The notes beneath the pieces were generated by a model. That model was given only the letters and a program-made list of their open reading frames with translations. It did not search any database and was not told where the DNA came from. A program made the position numbers and the translations under genes. Shown here one piece after another: positions 19,434 to 28,691 of a DNA stretch of 64,000 nt; the stretch's first letter is position 1, and every line of letters starts with the position of its first letter. The DNA is from an uncultured delta proteobacterium (lineage in GTDB: Bacteria; Desulfobacterota; BSN033; UBA1163): NCBI GenBank assembly GCA_963828805.1, contig CAWHGS010000019.1, forward strand, positions 7,089-71,088. Direction: 5' to 3'.

Positions 19434-20336
19434 TCAATCGATGTCGATCATGTCATTGCCCGTTCGTAATCCAAGATAGATCCCGCTTCCTAAAATCATC
19501 GTTGCGCCGGCCACAAATGTCAAGGTGAAAGGTTCGTTAAACACGATAATGCCAACGGCAGCGGTTAAAATGGACTCCACCATCAAGAGGGTAGAGCCCT
19601 CGGCTGCACGGATGAAGCGAAATCCATGATTCATGGCTACCTGTCCCAGTAGCCCAAAGGCGGCAGCGATGAGTAGAATCGTTCCATCCGTTAATCCCGG
19701 TATCCGGACACGGCCGAAAACGAAAGGAAGGCTGATCACCGTTCCCACCAAGCAGTGGAAGGCATAGATGACCCGGGAGCTGATGCGTGCCCGCAGGCGT
19801 CTTGTCATGACGCTGTTTGCCCCGCCCAGCACGCCGGCGGCAAGGCCGTAGAGGTGACTCAGCTCAATTCCCTCTCCCCACGGACGGATCAACACGGCGA
19901 TTCCAATGATGGCCGTCACGACGCATAGTGTTCGCTCCCGCGTAAGATGCTCCTTTAAGAAAAGGGCGCCGAGAAAGAGAGCCCATAAGGGGTTCGTGAA
20001 GAACAGGACCATGGTGACGGAAAGGGCGCCGCTCCGGAAGGCGAGAAGCGTCAGGTAGAAAGTTCCAACCCCCGATAACGCACGGAGTATCAAAAGAGGG
20101 TAGTCTTCACTGCGGATGGTTAATCTCTGCCGCAGCAAAGAAGGAAGCATCATGATCGCGCCGAAGCAGAACCGGACAAAGACGATCTCACCCGTAGTGA
20201 AGGAACCAATGAGATATTTCGTAAGGCTATCGAAGACGGCGAAGAAGAAGCAGGCTTCCAGCATGATCACGATGCCATTATCAAAGAAAACAGAAGCCGT
20301 GGCTCCTGATGTTAATGCTCCATTCACCCTGTTCAT
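19434..20336 (-). CDS. DMT superfamily (EamA-like) transporter
   Basis: ORF 19434-20414. Start at 20336 follows AAGGAAG. About 10 hydrophobic segments in two EamA-like halves. Confidence 0.75.
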   Translation of the reverse strand: MNRVNGALTSGATASVFFDNGIVIMLEACFFFAVFDSLTKYLIGSFTTGEIVFVRFCFGAIMMLPSLLRQRLTIRSEDYPLLILRALSGVGTFYLTLLAFRSGALSVTMVLFFTNPLWALFLGALFLKEHLTRERTLCVVTAIIGIAVLIRPWGEGIELSHLYGLAAGVLGGANSVMTRRLRARISSRVIYAFHCLVGTVISLPFVFGRVRIPGLTDGTILLIAAAFGLLGQVAMNHGFRFIRAAEGSTLLMVESILTAAVGIIVFNEPFTLTFVAGATMILGSGIYLGLRTGNDMIDID

Positions 20337-20630
20337 TTCTTCCTTTCGATCGTGAGAGAAACCGTGTTGTAGCGGTCCGGGCATTCGACTTCGATGGAGT
20401 CCTTGTCCCACCACGGATATTTCCCGTCAAGCTCCAATCTTTTCTTCTTCATCCACAGCTGCTCCTCCCCGTTTCACTTTTTTGAAGGGTTCTCATTATA
20501 CCAAATCGAGAAACGTTTCGTTACTGAATTCTAACCAATACGGATAAAATGGCAACTTCAGGGAGTCTGTGCTAAAATTCTTGTGGCAGCAGGTTGTTTC
20601 AAGAATCATCGTACCGCAAGGAGGAAAGGC

Positions 20631-21632
20631 ATGCAGAAAACTCGATGGGTAAAGAAGGGACTCGTCTTTTTCACTTTTTTATTGTTTTTCTTCTCGATCT
20701 TCGAAATGGAGGCCTTTGCAAGGGTAGGCGGAGGAAGGTCATCCGGGAGCCGGGGGTCCCGGTCCTATTCTCCACCGAGATCTTCTTCTCCTTCGCCATC
20801 GACCCAGCCGTCACAACAGCCATCCGCGAAACCGTCTCCACAACCTCAGACTCCTCCCTCATCCCCGACTCCTCTCCAGAGCCCGCCGCCTCAGAGTAGT
20901 TTCCTGAGGGGCCTTGGCGGCGGCATTATGGGAGGCTTAATCGGAGGGATGCTCTTCAGTAGCCTTGGTTTCGGAGCTAACCGTGGCGGCATCGGGGGGG
21001 GCGGCATCGGCCTGTTCGAGATTCTTATCTTCGGCGCCCTGCTTTTCGGTATCTTCTGGTATTTCAAGAGAAGGCGTCAGGTAGCCGCTGCCAAAGCCTA
21101 CGCTCAAAGCACTGCTGAGCCGATCGAACCCTATCAAACCTCCTATGGGCCCTCCGTTGACCAGGCCCATGGAGGAGACGGGGATCTTGAAAAGGGGTTG
21201 GGTTACGTCCGGCAGATGGATTCCTCTTTTGATGAGAAGAAATTCAAGGATCAATGCATGGATCATTTTTTTAAGATTCAGGGGGCCTGGATCAACCGCA
21301 ACCTATCCGGAGTCAAACCTCTCCTCACCGACGAGATGTTTGGGACCATTCAAGGCGATGCAGAAAAACTGAGGGCTGAGAAAAAGGTCAACAAGCTTGA
21401 AAATATTGCGGTCCGGTCCGTCGATATTTCGGAGGTCTGGCAGGAGTCGGGCCAGGATTTCATCACGGTCAGGTTTTACGCCAATCTGCTCGATTATGTT
21501 GAGGACGAGTCGACAGGACAGGTTCTCTCGGGGAGCAAGACAGAGCCCGTCAAATTTGAGGAATACTGGACCTTCACGCGTCCCGTTGGGAATCAGCCCT
21601 GGAAGTTGTCGGCCATCCAGCAGGTGGATTGA
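20631..21632 (+). CDS. Tim44-like domain membrane protein with Pro/Ser-rich linker
   Basis: ORF 20583-21632. ATG at 20631 follows AAGGAGG. N-terminal TM or signal segment, then about 55 aa of P/S/Q low complexity, a Gly-rich TM segment, and a C-terminal Tim44-like domain (FDEKKFKDQCMDHFFKIQGAW...YWTFTRP). Confidence 0.75.
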   Translation: MQKTRWVKKGLVFFTFLLFFFSIFEMEAFARVGGGRSSGSRGSRSYSPPRSSSPSPSTQPSQQPSAKPSPQPQTPPSSPTPLQSPPPQSSFLRGLGGGIMGGLIGGMLFSSLGFGANRGGIGGGGIGLFEILIFGALLFGIFWYFKRRRQVAAAKAYAQSTAEPIEPYQTSYGPSVDQAHGGDGDLEKGLGYVRQMDSSFDEKKFKDQCMDHFFKIQGAWINRNLSGVKPLLTDEMFGTIQGDAEKLRAEKKVNKLENIAVRSVDISEVWQESGQDFITVRFYANLLDYVEDESTGQVLSGSKTEPVKFEEYWTFTRPVGNQPWKLSAIQQVD

Positions 21633-21644
21633 GCTGTCTTCCGT

Positions 21645-21800
21645 CGTCTTAATTAGTGTCTGTCCATAAAGTTCAGTTGTTCCGTCATGCCGGACCTGAT
21701 CCGGTATCCAGAACCTTTTGAGAATACTGGATTCCGGCTTTCGCCGGAATGACACCTTTTTAGGAAACCGTTAGTTTATGAACAGACACTAATTAAGACG
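21645..21800. mobile_element. MITE-like element, copy 1 (156 bp, 26-bp terminal inverted repeats)
   Basis: CGTCTTAATTAGTGTCTGTCCATAAA at 21645-21670 versus TTTATGAACAGACACTAATTAAGACG at 21775-21800 (25 of 26 complementary). Internal hairpins ATGCCGGACCTGATCCGGTAT and ATTCCGGCTTTCGCCGGAAT. It has no coding capacity. Confidence 0.75.
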
Positions 21801-21836
21801 ACTGAAATGCCCTTCGGACATAGAGGAGGTTGGCCG

Positions 21837-23111
21837 ATGAAGATGCTTCCTTTACTCCTTCTTTTACCTTTCGCAACGATGATCGTTCTTATTTCAACCG
21901 AGGTTCATTCGGCTGAGGCACTCCATGTTCGTCTTGTCGGACATAGCGATCTGCAGGGACGTGAAGCCCTTCAGGTCGTTTTGAAGAGAAGTTTTGCCTA
22001 CGTGGGGCACCATCGAGGGGAGGAATATAATCCTCTGACCGGGAAAGCGGAGGCGAACGGAACGACGATCCTGGATGTTTCTGATCCAAAGCAACCCAGG
22101 ATCGTCAAGCATATCCCCGGCTATAGAGGAGCAGAGAGCCGTGCGGTCCAGGTGGTCGAAAAATATTTTGATGGAAAAGATTATCTGCTCCGGAACCAGG
22201 AATCGGGCGAATTTACCGGTTTTGAAGTATGGGACATCACGGACCGGTCCAATCCGATACGCATTTCGACGATAGGCCAATTAAATGCCGCGCACAAAAG
22301 CTGGTGGGATGCCCAAACGGGATACGCTTACCTCTCCGGGACAGCTCCGGGTTGGAAGGGCCAGCACCTCATTGTTTATGACCTGAGGAATCCCTCTCAG
22401 CCAAAATTTGTGACGAACTGGGGACTTCCGGGGCAGCATCCTGCAGAGGGAGGAGGCGGGGTCAGTCTTCATCACCCTGTCATCTCAGGGAACAGGGCCT
22501 ACCTCTCCTACCTCGCGGGTGGAGATGTGGTCATCCTGGACATCGCAGACAAAAACAGGCCAAAGATGATTGCCCATTTAAAGTTTTCTCCTCCCTTTTC
22601 GGGGACCCATACCACGGTTCCCTTCTCCGGGATGAAAACTCCTAACTTCACCAAGGGCTATGGAGATATAAGGAATTTCCTGGTCGTTTCAGAGGAGGCG
22701 ATGGGCTCTGGTTGTCAGGAGATAAGAAAGCAGATCTATATCATCGATGCAACGGAGGAGACGAATCCGATCCCGGTGGCGACGTTTAAAGTTCCGGATG
22801 GAGACTTCTGCGAGCGGGGCGGCCGCTTCGGTCCCCACCAGTTTGCAGAGACAAAGGATGGGGAGATCATCGGAGGGACGCTTCTCTATATCGCTTATTT
22901 TAACGCAGGGTTACGGATCGTCGATATCTCGGATCCATTTAAGCCTAAGGAAGTAGGGTATTATATTCCTCGTACAACGGATAAGACGAAACCGAGGCTC
23001 AAGAAGGTGATCCAGACTAATGATGTGGATCTCGATTATCGGGGCTTGATCTATATTACCGACCGGGCCGGCGCCGGCCTGCACATCCTGGAATACACAG
23101 GTTCCAAATAA
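21837..23111 (+). CDS. exported LVIVD-repeat beta-propeller protein
   Basis: ORF 21807-23111. ATG at 21837 follows GAGGAGG. Signal peptide, then six repeats of the type ILDVSDPKQPRIV, VWDITDRSNPIRI, VYDLRNPSQPKFV, ILDIADKNRPKMI and IVDISDPFKPKEV. Confidence 0.8.
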   Translation: MKMLPLLLLLPFATMIVLISTEVHSAEALHVRLVGHSDLQGREALQVVLKRSFAYVGHHRGEEYNPLTGKAEANGTTILDVSDPKQPRIVKHIPGYRGAESRAVQVVEKYFDGKDYLLRNQESGEFTGFEVWDITDRSNPIRISTIGQLNAAHKSWWDAQTGYAYLSGTAPGWKGQHLIVYDLRNPSQPKFVTNWGLPGQHPAEGGGGVSLHHPVISGNRAYLSYLAGGDVVILDIADKNRPKMIAHLKFSPPFSGTHTTVPFSGMKTPNFTKGYGDIRNFLVVSEEAMGSGCQEIRKQIYIIDATEETNPIPVATFKVPDGDFCERGGRFGPHQFAETKDGEIIGGTLLYIAYFNAGLRIVDISDPFKPKEVGYYIPRTTDKTKPRLKKVIQTNDVDLDYRGLIYITDRAGAGLHILEYTGSK

Positions 23112-23282
23112 TTACCCCCAACCCTTGCCCCTCTCCCTCTCCCTTCGATGAGTCTCACCATGAGGTCTTCCTCCATCAGAGGAGATTGTCCGAAGGATGT
23201 GTTTTTTTATTGATATCGACGGGAAAAATGAACATATTAAAGGGATAGGTATACATGAGAGAAGATCAAAGAGGAGAGGCCG

Positions 23283-25355
23283 ATGATGGAGGGTGAACAT
23301 AAACACACGAATCGATTGATTCACGAGACAAGTCCTTACCTTCTGCAACATGCCCATAATCCGGTGGATTGGAACCCATGGGGTGAAGAGGCTTTGAGCC
23401 GGGCGAAAAAAGAGGATAAGCCCATTCTTCTAAGCATTGGCTACTCCTCCTGTCACTGGTGCCATGTGATGGAAAAGGAATCGTTCGAAGATGAAGGTGT
23501 TGCAAAGATCATGAACGAGCGGTTCATCAACATCAAGGTGGATCGGGAGGAGCGCCCGGATCTCGATGAGATCTACATGAATGCCGTCCAGGTGATGACG
23601 GGAAGCGGGGGATGGCCCATGACCGTCTTTTTGACTCCCGATCTCATTCCGTTTCATGCCGGAACCTATTTCCCGCCTGAGGACCGGGGAGGGATGCCCG
23701 GTTTTCCGAAGGTATTGAACACCGTTTCCGACTATTACCGCACCCACCCGCAGGAAGTGAGTAAAGTGGCAACCCAGATGAGAGACGCTCTCCATCAAAT
23801 CGTGGAGATTGTCCCCTCCAGGGTATCGATGGAAGAGAAGATCCTGTCGAATGCTTTTGAAACCCTGGAACGTCAGTTTGATCCGAATTACGGCGGGTTT
23901 GGCGGAGCCCCTAAATTCCCGAGCAGCATGACCCTCTCCTTTCTTCTCCGCTACTGGAAAAGGACGGGCGCGAAAAAGGCTTTGGAAATGGTCGAGGTGA
24001 CGCTTGAAAAGATGGCCCATGGCGGAATGTATGACCATCTGGGCGGAGGATTTCACCGCTATTCGGTGGATGATCGGTGGCTCATCCCTCATTTTGAAAA
24101 GATGCTCTATGACAATGCCCTTCTTTCCCGAACTTACTTCGAAGCCTACCAGGCAACCCGGAAGGGACACTATCGACGGGTAGGCGAAGAAATCCTTCGC
24201 TATGTTCTCCGTGAGATGAAATCCCCGCAGGGAGGTTTTTACTCCACGCAGGATGCCGATAGCGAAGGCGAGGAGGGAAAGTTCTATGTCTGGACCCGGG
24301 ATCAGATTAAAGAGATTTTGGGCGAGGAAAAAGGGACGGTCCTTTCTGCCTACTACGGGGTGGCGAATCAGGGAAATTTTGAGGAAGAGACAAGTGTCCT
24401 TCACGTTGCCTCCACGCTCGAAAAGGTCTCTGAATTACACGGGATGTCTGTTCCGGACCTAGAGGCCTTACTGGAAAAAGGACGAAACATACTGTTTGCA
24501 GAGAGGGAGAAGAGGATCAAGCCGGGCCGGGACGAGAAAATCCTGACTTCCTGGAACAGCCTGATGATTGCGAGTTTTGTGGATGGATTTAGAGTGACAG
24601 GAGATGAAATTTATCTTGATGCAGCGAAGGGGGGAGCCCGTTTTATTCTCCAGGAAATGAGGAAGGACGGTGACTTGATGAGGGTCCATCATCGGGGAAG
24701 ATGCCGGGTGAAGGGATATTCGGAAGACTACGCCTTCTTCATCCAGTCCCTCATTGACCTCTACGAAGCAACCTTTGAGAGCGAGTGGCTGAGGGAGGCG
24801 GATGAGTTCAATCGAAGAATGATTCACCAGTTCTGGGATGAGAAAAACGGAGGTTTTTTCTTCTCCGGTAAGGAGAACGAATCTCTGATCGCCCAATCGA
24901 AGAGCCCTTATGACAGCGCCATTCCGTCGACGAATTCCGTGGCCGTTTCCAATCTCCTGAGGCTCGGCTTCCTGACCGGAGATGATTCCTTGAAACAGAA
25001 GGCCGAACAGATTCTTCGCCTCTTTTATACCTATCTCTCCGAGCATCCCTCGGGATTCTCCCAAATGCTCTCAGGGTTTTCCTTCTTTCTTGGTCCGGAA
25101 GAAATCGGGATTGTCGGGTCCCAAAAGGATCCCCGGACCCAATCGATGCTCAAGGAGATTTACCGTGCCTTTCTGCCCAATAAGATCCTGAGTTTCAAAG
25201 AACCGGAAGAAGAGATAAAAGGGACCTGGTTTCCCTTTCTGAGAGATGTCCGGGTGACGGGAGCGCCGGCCGTTTTTGTCTGTAAGGATTTCACGTGCCT
25301 GCCGCCGGCAAGGGATGAAAAAGAGCTGAGGAAAGATTCTATCGTAGACGTCTGA
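23283..25355 (+). CDS. thioredoxin-domain / DUF255 protein (YyaL-like, six-hairpin glycosidase-like C-terminus)
   Basis: 690-aa intact ORF with [29 protein letters not shown]...[20 protein letters not shown]...[11 protein letters not shown]. Confidence 0.9.
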   Translation: MMEGEHKHTNRLIHETSPYLLQHAHNPVDWNPWGEEALSRAKKEDKPILLSIGYSSCHWCHVMEKESFEDEGVAKIMNERFINIKVDREERPDLDEIYMNAVQVMTGSGGWPMTVFLTPDLIPFHAGTYFPPEDRGGMPGFPKVLNTVSDYYRTHPQEVSKVATQMRDALHQIVEIVPSRVSMEEKILSNAFETLERQFDPNYGGFGGAPKFPSSMTLSFLLRYWKRTGAKKALEMVEVTLEKMAHGGMYDHLGGGFHRYSVDDRWLIPHFEKMLYDNALLSRTYFEAYQATRKGHYRRVGEEILRYVLREMKSPQGGFYSTQDADSEGEEGKFYVWTRDQIKEILGEEKGTVLSAYYGVANQGNFEEETSVLHVASTLEKVSELHGMSVPDLEALLEKGRNILFAEREKRIKPGRDEKILTSWNSLMIASFVDGFRVTGDEIYLDAAKGGARFILQEMRKDGDLMRVHHRGRCRVKGYSEDYAFFIQSLIDLYEATFESEWLREADEFNRRMIHQFWDEKNGGFFFSGKENESLIAQSKSPYDSAIPSTNSVAVSNLLRLGFLTGDDSLKQKAEQILRLFYTYLSEHPSGFSQMLSGFSFFLGPEEIGIVGSQKDPRTQSMLKEIYRAFLPNKILSFKEPEEEIKGTWFPFLRDVRVTGAPAVFVCKDFTCLPPARDEKELRKDSIVDV

Positions 25356-25469
25356 GCCTGGGTTTGAGCAGTCCATTCGTTGGAAAATAGCATGGCGCAT
25401 AGGGCATAGCGCATAGCGTAACTTCCTAAATCAAAAACTGAGTTTCATGGTTCGCGGGTAGCGCCGCCG

Positions 25470-25512
25470 GCATGGGACATTAATTGGAAAATAACCCAAA
25501 TTACTCCCTCTC
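25470..25512. repeat. intergenic repeat module GCATGGGNCATTAATT..AAAATAACCCAAATTACTCCCTCTC, copy A
   Basis: Near-identical string at 40057-40102, with a degenerate copy at 39965-39990. Confidence 0.8.
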
Positions 25513-25556
25513 TTGGAAGGCTGTGTCGTAATTACTACTTTGTCACTCCTAACCCT

Positions 25557-25592
25557 TGTCCTGAACTCGTTTCAGGATTGTTTCAGGGTCTC
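25557..25592. repeat. REP-like palindromic element (CCTGAACTCGTTTCAGG type), left of fur
   Basis: TGTCCTGAACTCGTTTCAGGATTGTTTCAGGGTCTC. The reverse complement of 26226-26253 is TGTCACCCTGAACTCGTTTCAGGGTCTC. Confidence 0.75.
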
Positions 25593-25650
25593 TTAAGTTC
25601 TTGATTTTGTTAAATGTGAAAACTGGGGGTGGACAAGTCAAACGCCCCAC

Positions 25651-25678
25651 TTGACACCAATAAGATTTTTTTTTATTC
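25651..25678 (+). promoter_or_regulatory. candidate sigma70-type promoter of the fur-family gene
   Basis: TTGACA at 25651-25656, a 16-nt spacer, then TATTCT at 25673-25678. It is immediately followed by the palindromic box. Confidence 0.45.
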
Positions 25679-25682
25679 TCTT

Positions 25683-25700
25683 AATGAAAATATTTTCATT
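25683..25700. promoter_or_regulatory. perfect 18-bp AT-rich palindrome, candidate Fur-family operator (autoregulation)
   Basis: AATGAAAATATTTTCATT is its own reverse complement. It lies 17 nt upstream of the fur-family ATG and just after the putative -10. Confidence 0.6.
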
Positions 25701-25716
25701 CTTTCTTTAACCAATT

Positions 25717-26136
25717 ATGAACAAAGAGTTTTTTAAAGATTTGATCCGCGGGAACAACCTGAGGTTAAGTCACCCCAGGTATCTGATCTATCAGGAGCTT
25801 TCTTCCGCTCCGGCGCCATTGAGCCCCCAGGAACTCTATCATTCCCTTCATAAGAAGAGGCGAAAGGTCGGCCTTACATCGATCTATCGGTGCCTCGATC
25901 TTTTCGAATCCCTTGGGATCGTTTTCAAGATCTCGATTCGGCCCAATGTCAAATACAAACTCTGCGATTCAGATCACCATCATCACCATATTGTCTGTAA
26001 GGGATGCGGCAGAGTGGTTGAGTTGAATTTCTGTGACATATCGGATTGGGCGGGAAAAGTGACCAGGCAAACGGGCTACGAGGTGACGGATCATCAGCTC
26101 AATTTTTATGGTTTCTGCAAAGCCTGCAAGTCTTAA
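25717..26136 (+). CDS. Fur-family metalloregulator (Fur/Zur/Nur type, metal not assignable)
   Basis: 139 aa with a winged-helix N-terminus, DSDHHHHHIVCKGCG and a C-terminal FCKACK (two CxxC pairs). Confidence 0.85.
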   Translation: MNKEFFKDLIRGNNLRLSHPRYLIYQELSSAPAPLSPQELYHSLHKKRRKVGLTSIYRCLDLFESLGIVFKISIRPNVKYKLCDSDHHHHHIVCKGCGRVVELNFCDISDWAGKVTRQTGYEVTDHQLNFYGFCKACKS

Positions 26137-26185
26137 ATACCCCCTAAAGAAGTAAACTCGTAAGAATCGGGGGAAAAAGTATGTC

Positions 26186-26253
26186 ATGCTGAACTTAATT
26201 CAGCATCTAAAAATCCAGGACTAACGAGACCCTGAAACGAGTTCAGGGTGACA
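26186..26253. repeat. two REP-like hairpins downstream of fur
   Basis: ATGCTGAACTTAATTCAGCAT (26186-26206, perfect 8-bp arms) and GAGACCCTGAAACGAGTTCAGGGTGACA (26226-26253). Confidence 0.75.
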
Positions 26254-26382
26254 GATTTGGAATTTTACGAAGCCATCACTAAAATGGACAGATGGGTTTT
26301 TAAAACTTTTGTGGCCTATCTGTCTGCAATTTAGAGTTATTTCTATACCGATCGTATAGAGGGTGTTTAACAGGAGGGACTC

Positions 26383-27177
26383 ATGTCTCACATTCACCTC
26401 CCCGACGGGGTTCTACCCGTGTGGCTGTGGGTTTCAGGGTATATCGTCATGGTTCTCATTGGCGCCGTCCTTTTCCGACTTATCGGAAAAGGGGATGTGT
26501 CCAGGCGGCTTCCCCTGCTTGGGATGATGGCTGCTGCGATGGTCCTGGGCGCCGCAGTCGAGATCATTCCCATTGCCTATCATGTGAACCTGACCGTCAT
26601 TTCCGGAATCTTGCTGGGGCCTTCCCTGATCTTTCTGGCAACCCTTGTCGTCAATGTGATCCTGGCCCTGTTTGGCCATGGGGGAATCACCGTGATCGGA
26701 TTAAACACCCTTATCCTTTCGATTGAGGGGATCCTTGGATATTATTTCTTCAAACTCTTCTGGAGGGTCTTTAAGAGATTGACCCGTTCGACGGCGCTAA
26801 GCCCCACCTTTGAAGGCCGGGACGGGAAGCGCCGCTCAGGGTTGACCCCTGCCGTCTTTCCGGCCACTTTTCTGGCCCTGATGGTCTCCACTTTCTCCAT
26901 GATCGGAGTCGTCAGCCTCGGCACTGCCCATTATAACGAACTGATCCATGGGGAGCACCAGCATGGAATCTTCGGATTTGAACTATCAGGCGGGAAGGCT
27001 GATCACCCGGAGAAGGAAATGAAGAAGGAAGCAATCAACTTGAAGCGATTTATCACTATCGTCCTCCCCCTGGGGTTCATCGGGTGGATCCTGGAAGGGG
27101 TGATCACGACCCTCATTGCTCGATATATTTACCGGATCAGGCCTGATTTGCTGAAGTTAGAAGGAGGGGTTTCGTGA
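26383..27177 (+). CDS. cbiM: ECF transporter substrate-capture component, CbiM/NikM-like
   Basis: 264 aa. The N-terminus MSHIHLPDGVL resembles the CbiM MHIPDG motif. Polytopic. GGAGGG RBS. Followed by overlapping Q and O components. Confidence 0.75.
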   Translation: MSHIHLPDGVLPVWLWVSGYIVMVLIGAVLFRLIGKGDVSRRLPLLGMMAAAMVLGAAVEIIPIAYHVNLTVISGILLGPSLIFLATLVVNVILALFGHGGITVIGLNTLILSIEGILGYYFFKLFWRVFKRLTRSTALSPTFEGRDGKRRSGLTPAVFPATFLALMVSTFSMIGVVSLGTAHYNELIHGEHQHGIFGFELSGGKADHPEKEMKKEAINLKRFITIVLPLGFIGWILEGVITTLIARYIYRIRPDLLKLEGGVS

Positions 27178-27800
27178 TTCAGCTCTCGTACCTGGACTAT
27201 TCAGCCGTGGAGGGGAAAAGCCGGCTTCATCGGTATTCGCCCATGGTGAAGATGATCGGGATGGGACTTGTTCTCTTCGGTGTGGTTACGTTGAGAAGCC
27301 TGACCGGACTTCTTTCCCTTTACGCTCTTCTTCTCGCCCTTTTTTTTATGTCCAGAATTCCTCTAAAGATCTTTTCCCTCACTCTCTACCCGCTTATCTT
27401 CGCCCTCTTCTTTATCTTTCTTTCGGGATTTCAAATCTACTTTATCCTTCTTCTCTTTCTCAAGGTCCTCTGCGGATCGACGGGGGTCGTTCTCCTTCTG
27501 GCGACGACGCCTTATCCCAGCATTTTTCGTGCCCTGGGGAAATTCCTTCCCGCCCTTTTTGTGACCGCTCTTTTTTTGACTTACCGATCCGTATTCATTC
27601 TACTCGAGGTGTTTGAGGAGACGGAGCATGCCCTTCATCTCCGAGGAGGGGTTCAGTGGAAACATCCGTGGAGGACCCTGATCAACATCTCAAACGCCTT
27701 CGGCCATCTCCTTATTAAGGGGATCGATAACAGCGAAAAGATGTATGAATCGATGGTGCTTCGGGGGTTTAAAGATAAAATTCATTACCGGGGAGACTAG
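27174..27800 (+). CDS. cbiQ: ECF transporter T component, CbiQ-like
   Basis: 208-aa hydrophobic ORF with a GTGA overlap with the cbiM stop. Positioned between the M and ATPase components. Confidence 0.65.
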   Translation: MIQLSYLDYSAVEGKSRLHRYSPMVKMIGMGLVLFGVVTLRSLTGLLSLYALLLALFFMSRIPLKIFSLTLYPLIFALFFIFLSGFQIYFILLLFLKVLCGSTGVVLLLATTPYPSIFRALGKFLPALFVTALFLTYRSVFILLEVFEETEHALHLRGGVQWKHPWRTLINISNAFGHLLIKGIDNSEKMYESMVLRGFKDKIHYRGD

Positions 27801-27804
27801 GAAC

Positions 27805-28659
27805 ATGAAACAGGGAGAGACCATTGTTGAAATCGAATGCATTACCCATGTCTATCCGGATATGACCAAGGTCCAGATTTGCGGACTCGATTTCATTGTG
27901 AACCATGGGGAGAGAGTGGGCATTTTGGGATCCAATGGTTGCGGTAAGACTACTCTGATCAAACATCTCCTTGGAATTCTGGTGCCTAAAGAGGGAAGCG
28001 TGAAGGTCTTTGGAATCGATCCTGCCAGGGAGTTCTCGAAAGTGAGAGAGAGGATCGGCGTCGTGATGCAGGATATAGACGAACAGATCCTGGGTCCCAC
28101 GGTGTATGATGATATTCTCTTCGCTCCCTTAAACTACGGTATTCCAAAGGCCAAGGCAGAAGCCATGGCAAAGGACGCCATCGAAAAGCTCGATATCACC
28201 CATCTTCAAGACAAGATGGTTCATTACCTCTCCGGCGGTGAAAAAAAGAAGGTGGCCCTGGCAGGGGCGCTCGTCATGGAACCCGAGCTCCTGATCCTGG
28301 ATGAACCCTTTACAGGTCTGGATCCGAAGGCAAGGGTAGACCTCATCCAGATTCTGAATCAATTGAACCGGGAGAGGGGGATCACCCTGATCATGACGCT
28401 GCACGAAGTCGATCTGGTGCCCGAGGTCACGGACATCCTTTATCTCATGCACGGTCACGGAGACCTGAGTGAGCGGGGAACACCCGATGAGATCTTTGGA
28501 AGGTTTCGGGATCTCGAGCGCTACAATTTGGACGAACCCACCCTCACCAAACTCTTTAAAGGACTGAAGAAGGAGGGTCTCGATTTTGGAGATCACCTCC
28601 GGGTCGATGATGCCATCGCCTCAATCAAGAAACACTGGGTGGAAGCAACCCGGAAGTGA
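27805..28659 (+). CDS. cbiO: ECF transporter ATPase, CbiO-like
   Basis: ORF 27745-28659, with the likely ATG at 27805. GSNGCGKTT, LSGGEKKKVALAG and LLILDEPFTGLD. Confidence 0.85.
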   Translation: MKQGETIVEIECITHVYPDMTKVQICGLDFIVNHGERVGILGSNGCGKTTLIKHLLGILVPKEGSVKVFGIDPAREFSKVRERIGVVMQDIDEQILGPTVYDDILFAPLNYGIPKAKAEAMAKDAIEKLDITHLQDKMVHYLSGGEKKKVALAGALVMEPELLILDEPFTGLDPKARVDLIQILNQLNRERGITLIMTLHEVDLVPEVTDILYLMHGHGDLSERGTPDEIFGRFRDLERYNLDEPTLTKLFKGLKKEGLDFGDHLRVDDAIASIKKHWVEATRK

Positions 28660-28691
28660 TCAGGGATCCCCTCTTGTCAAAACGGGGCAAT

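Noticed and set aside
21303-21755. ORFs starting MSFRRKPES... (21303-21755 minus, 39821-40126 plus, 39723-39947 minus), which looked like a conserved small-protein family.
   Set aside because: They are translations of the palindromic modules of the MITE-like repeats (ATTCCGGCGAAAGCCGGAAT and ATGCCGGATCAGGTCCGGCAT). They have no RBS, and they overlap the end of the Tim44-like gene or intergenic repeats.
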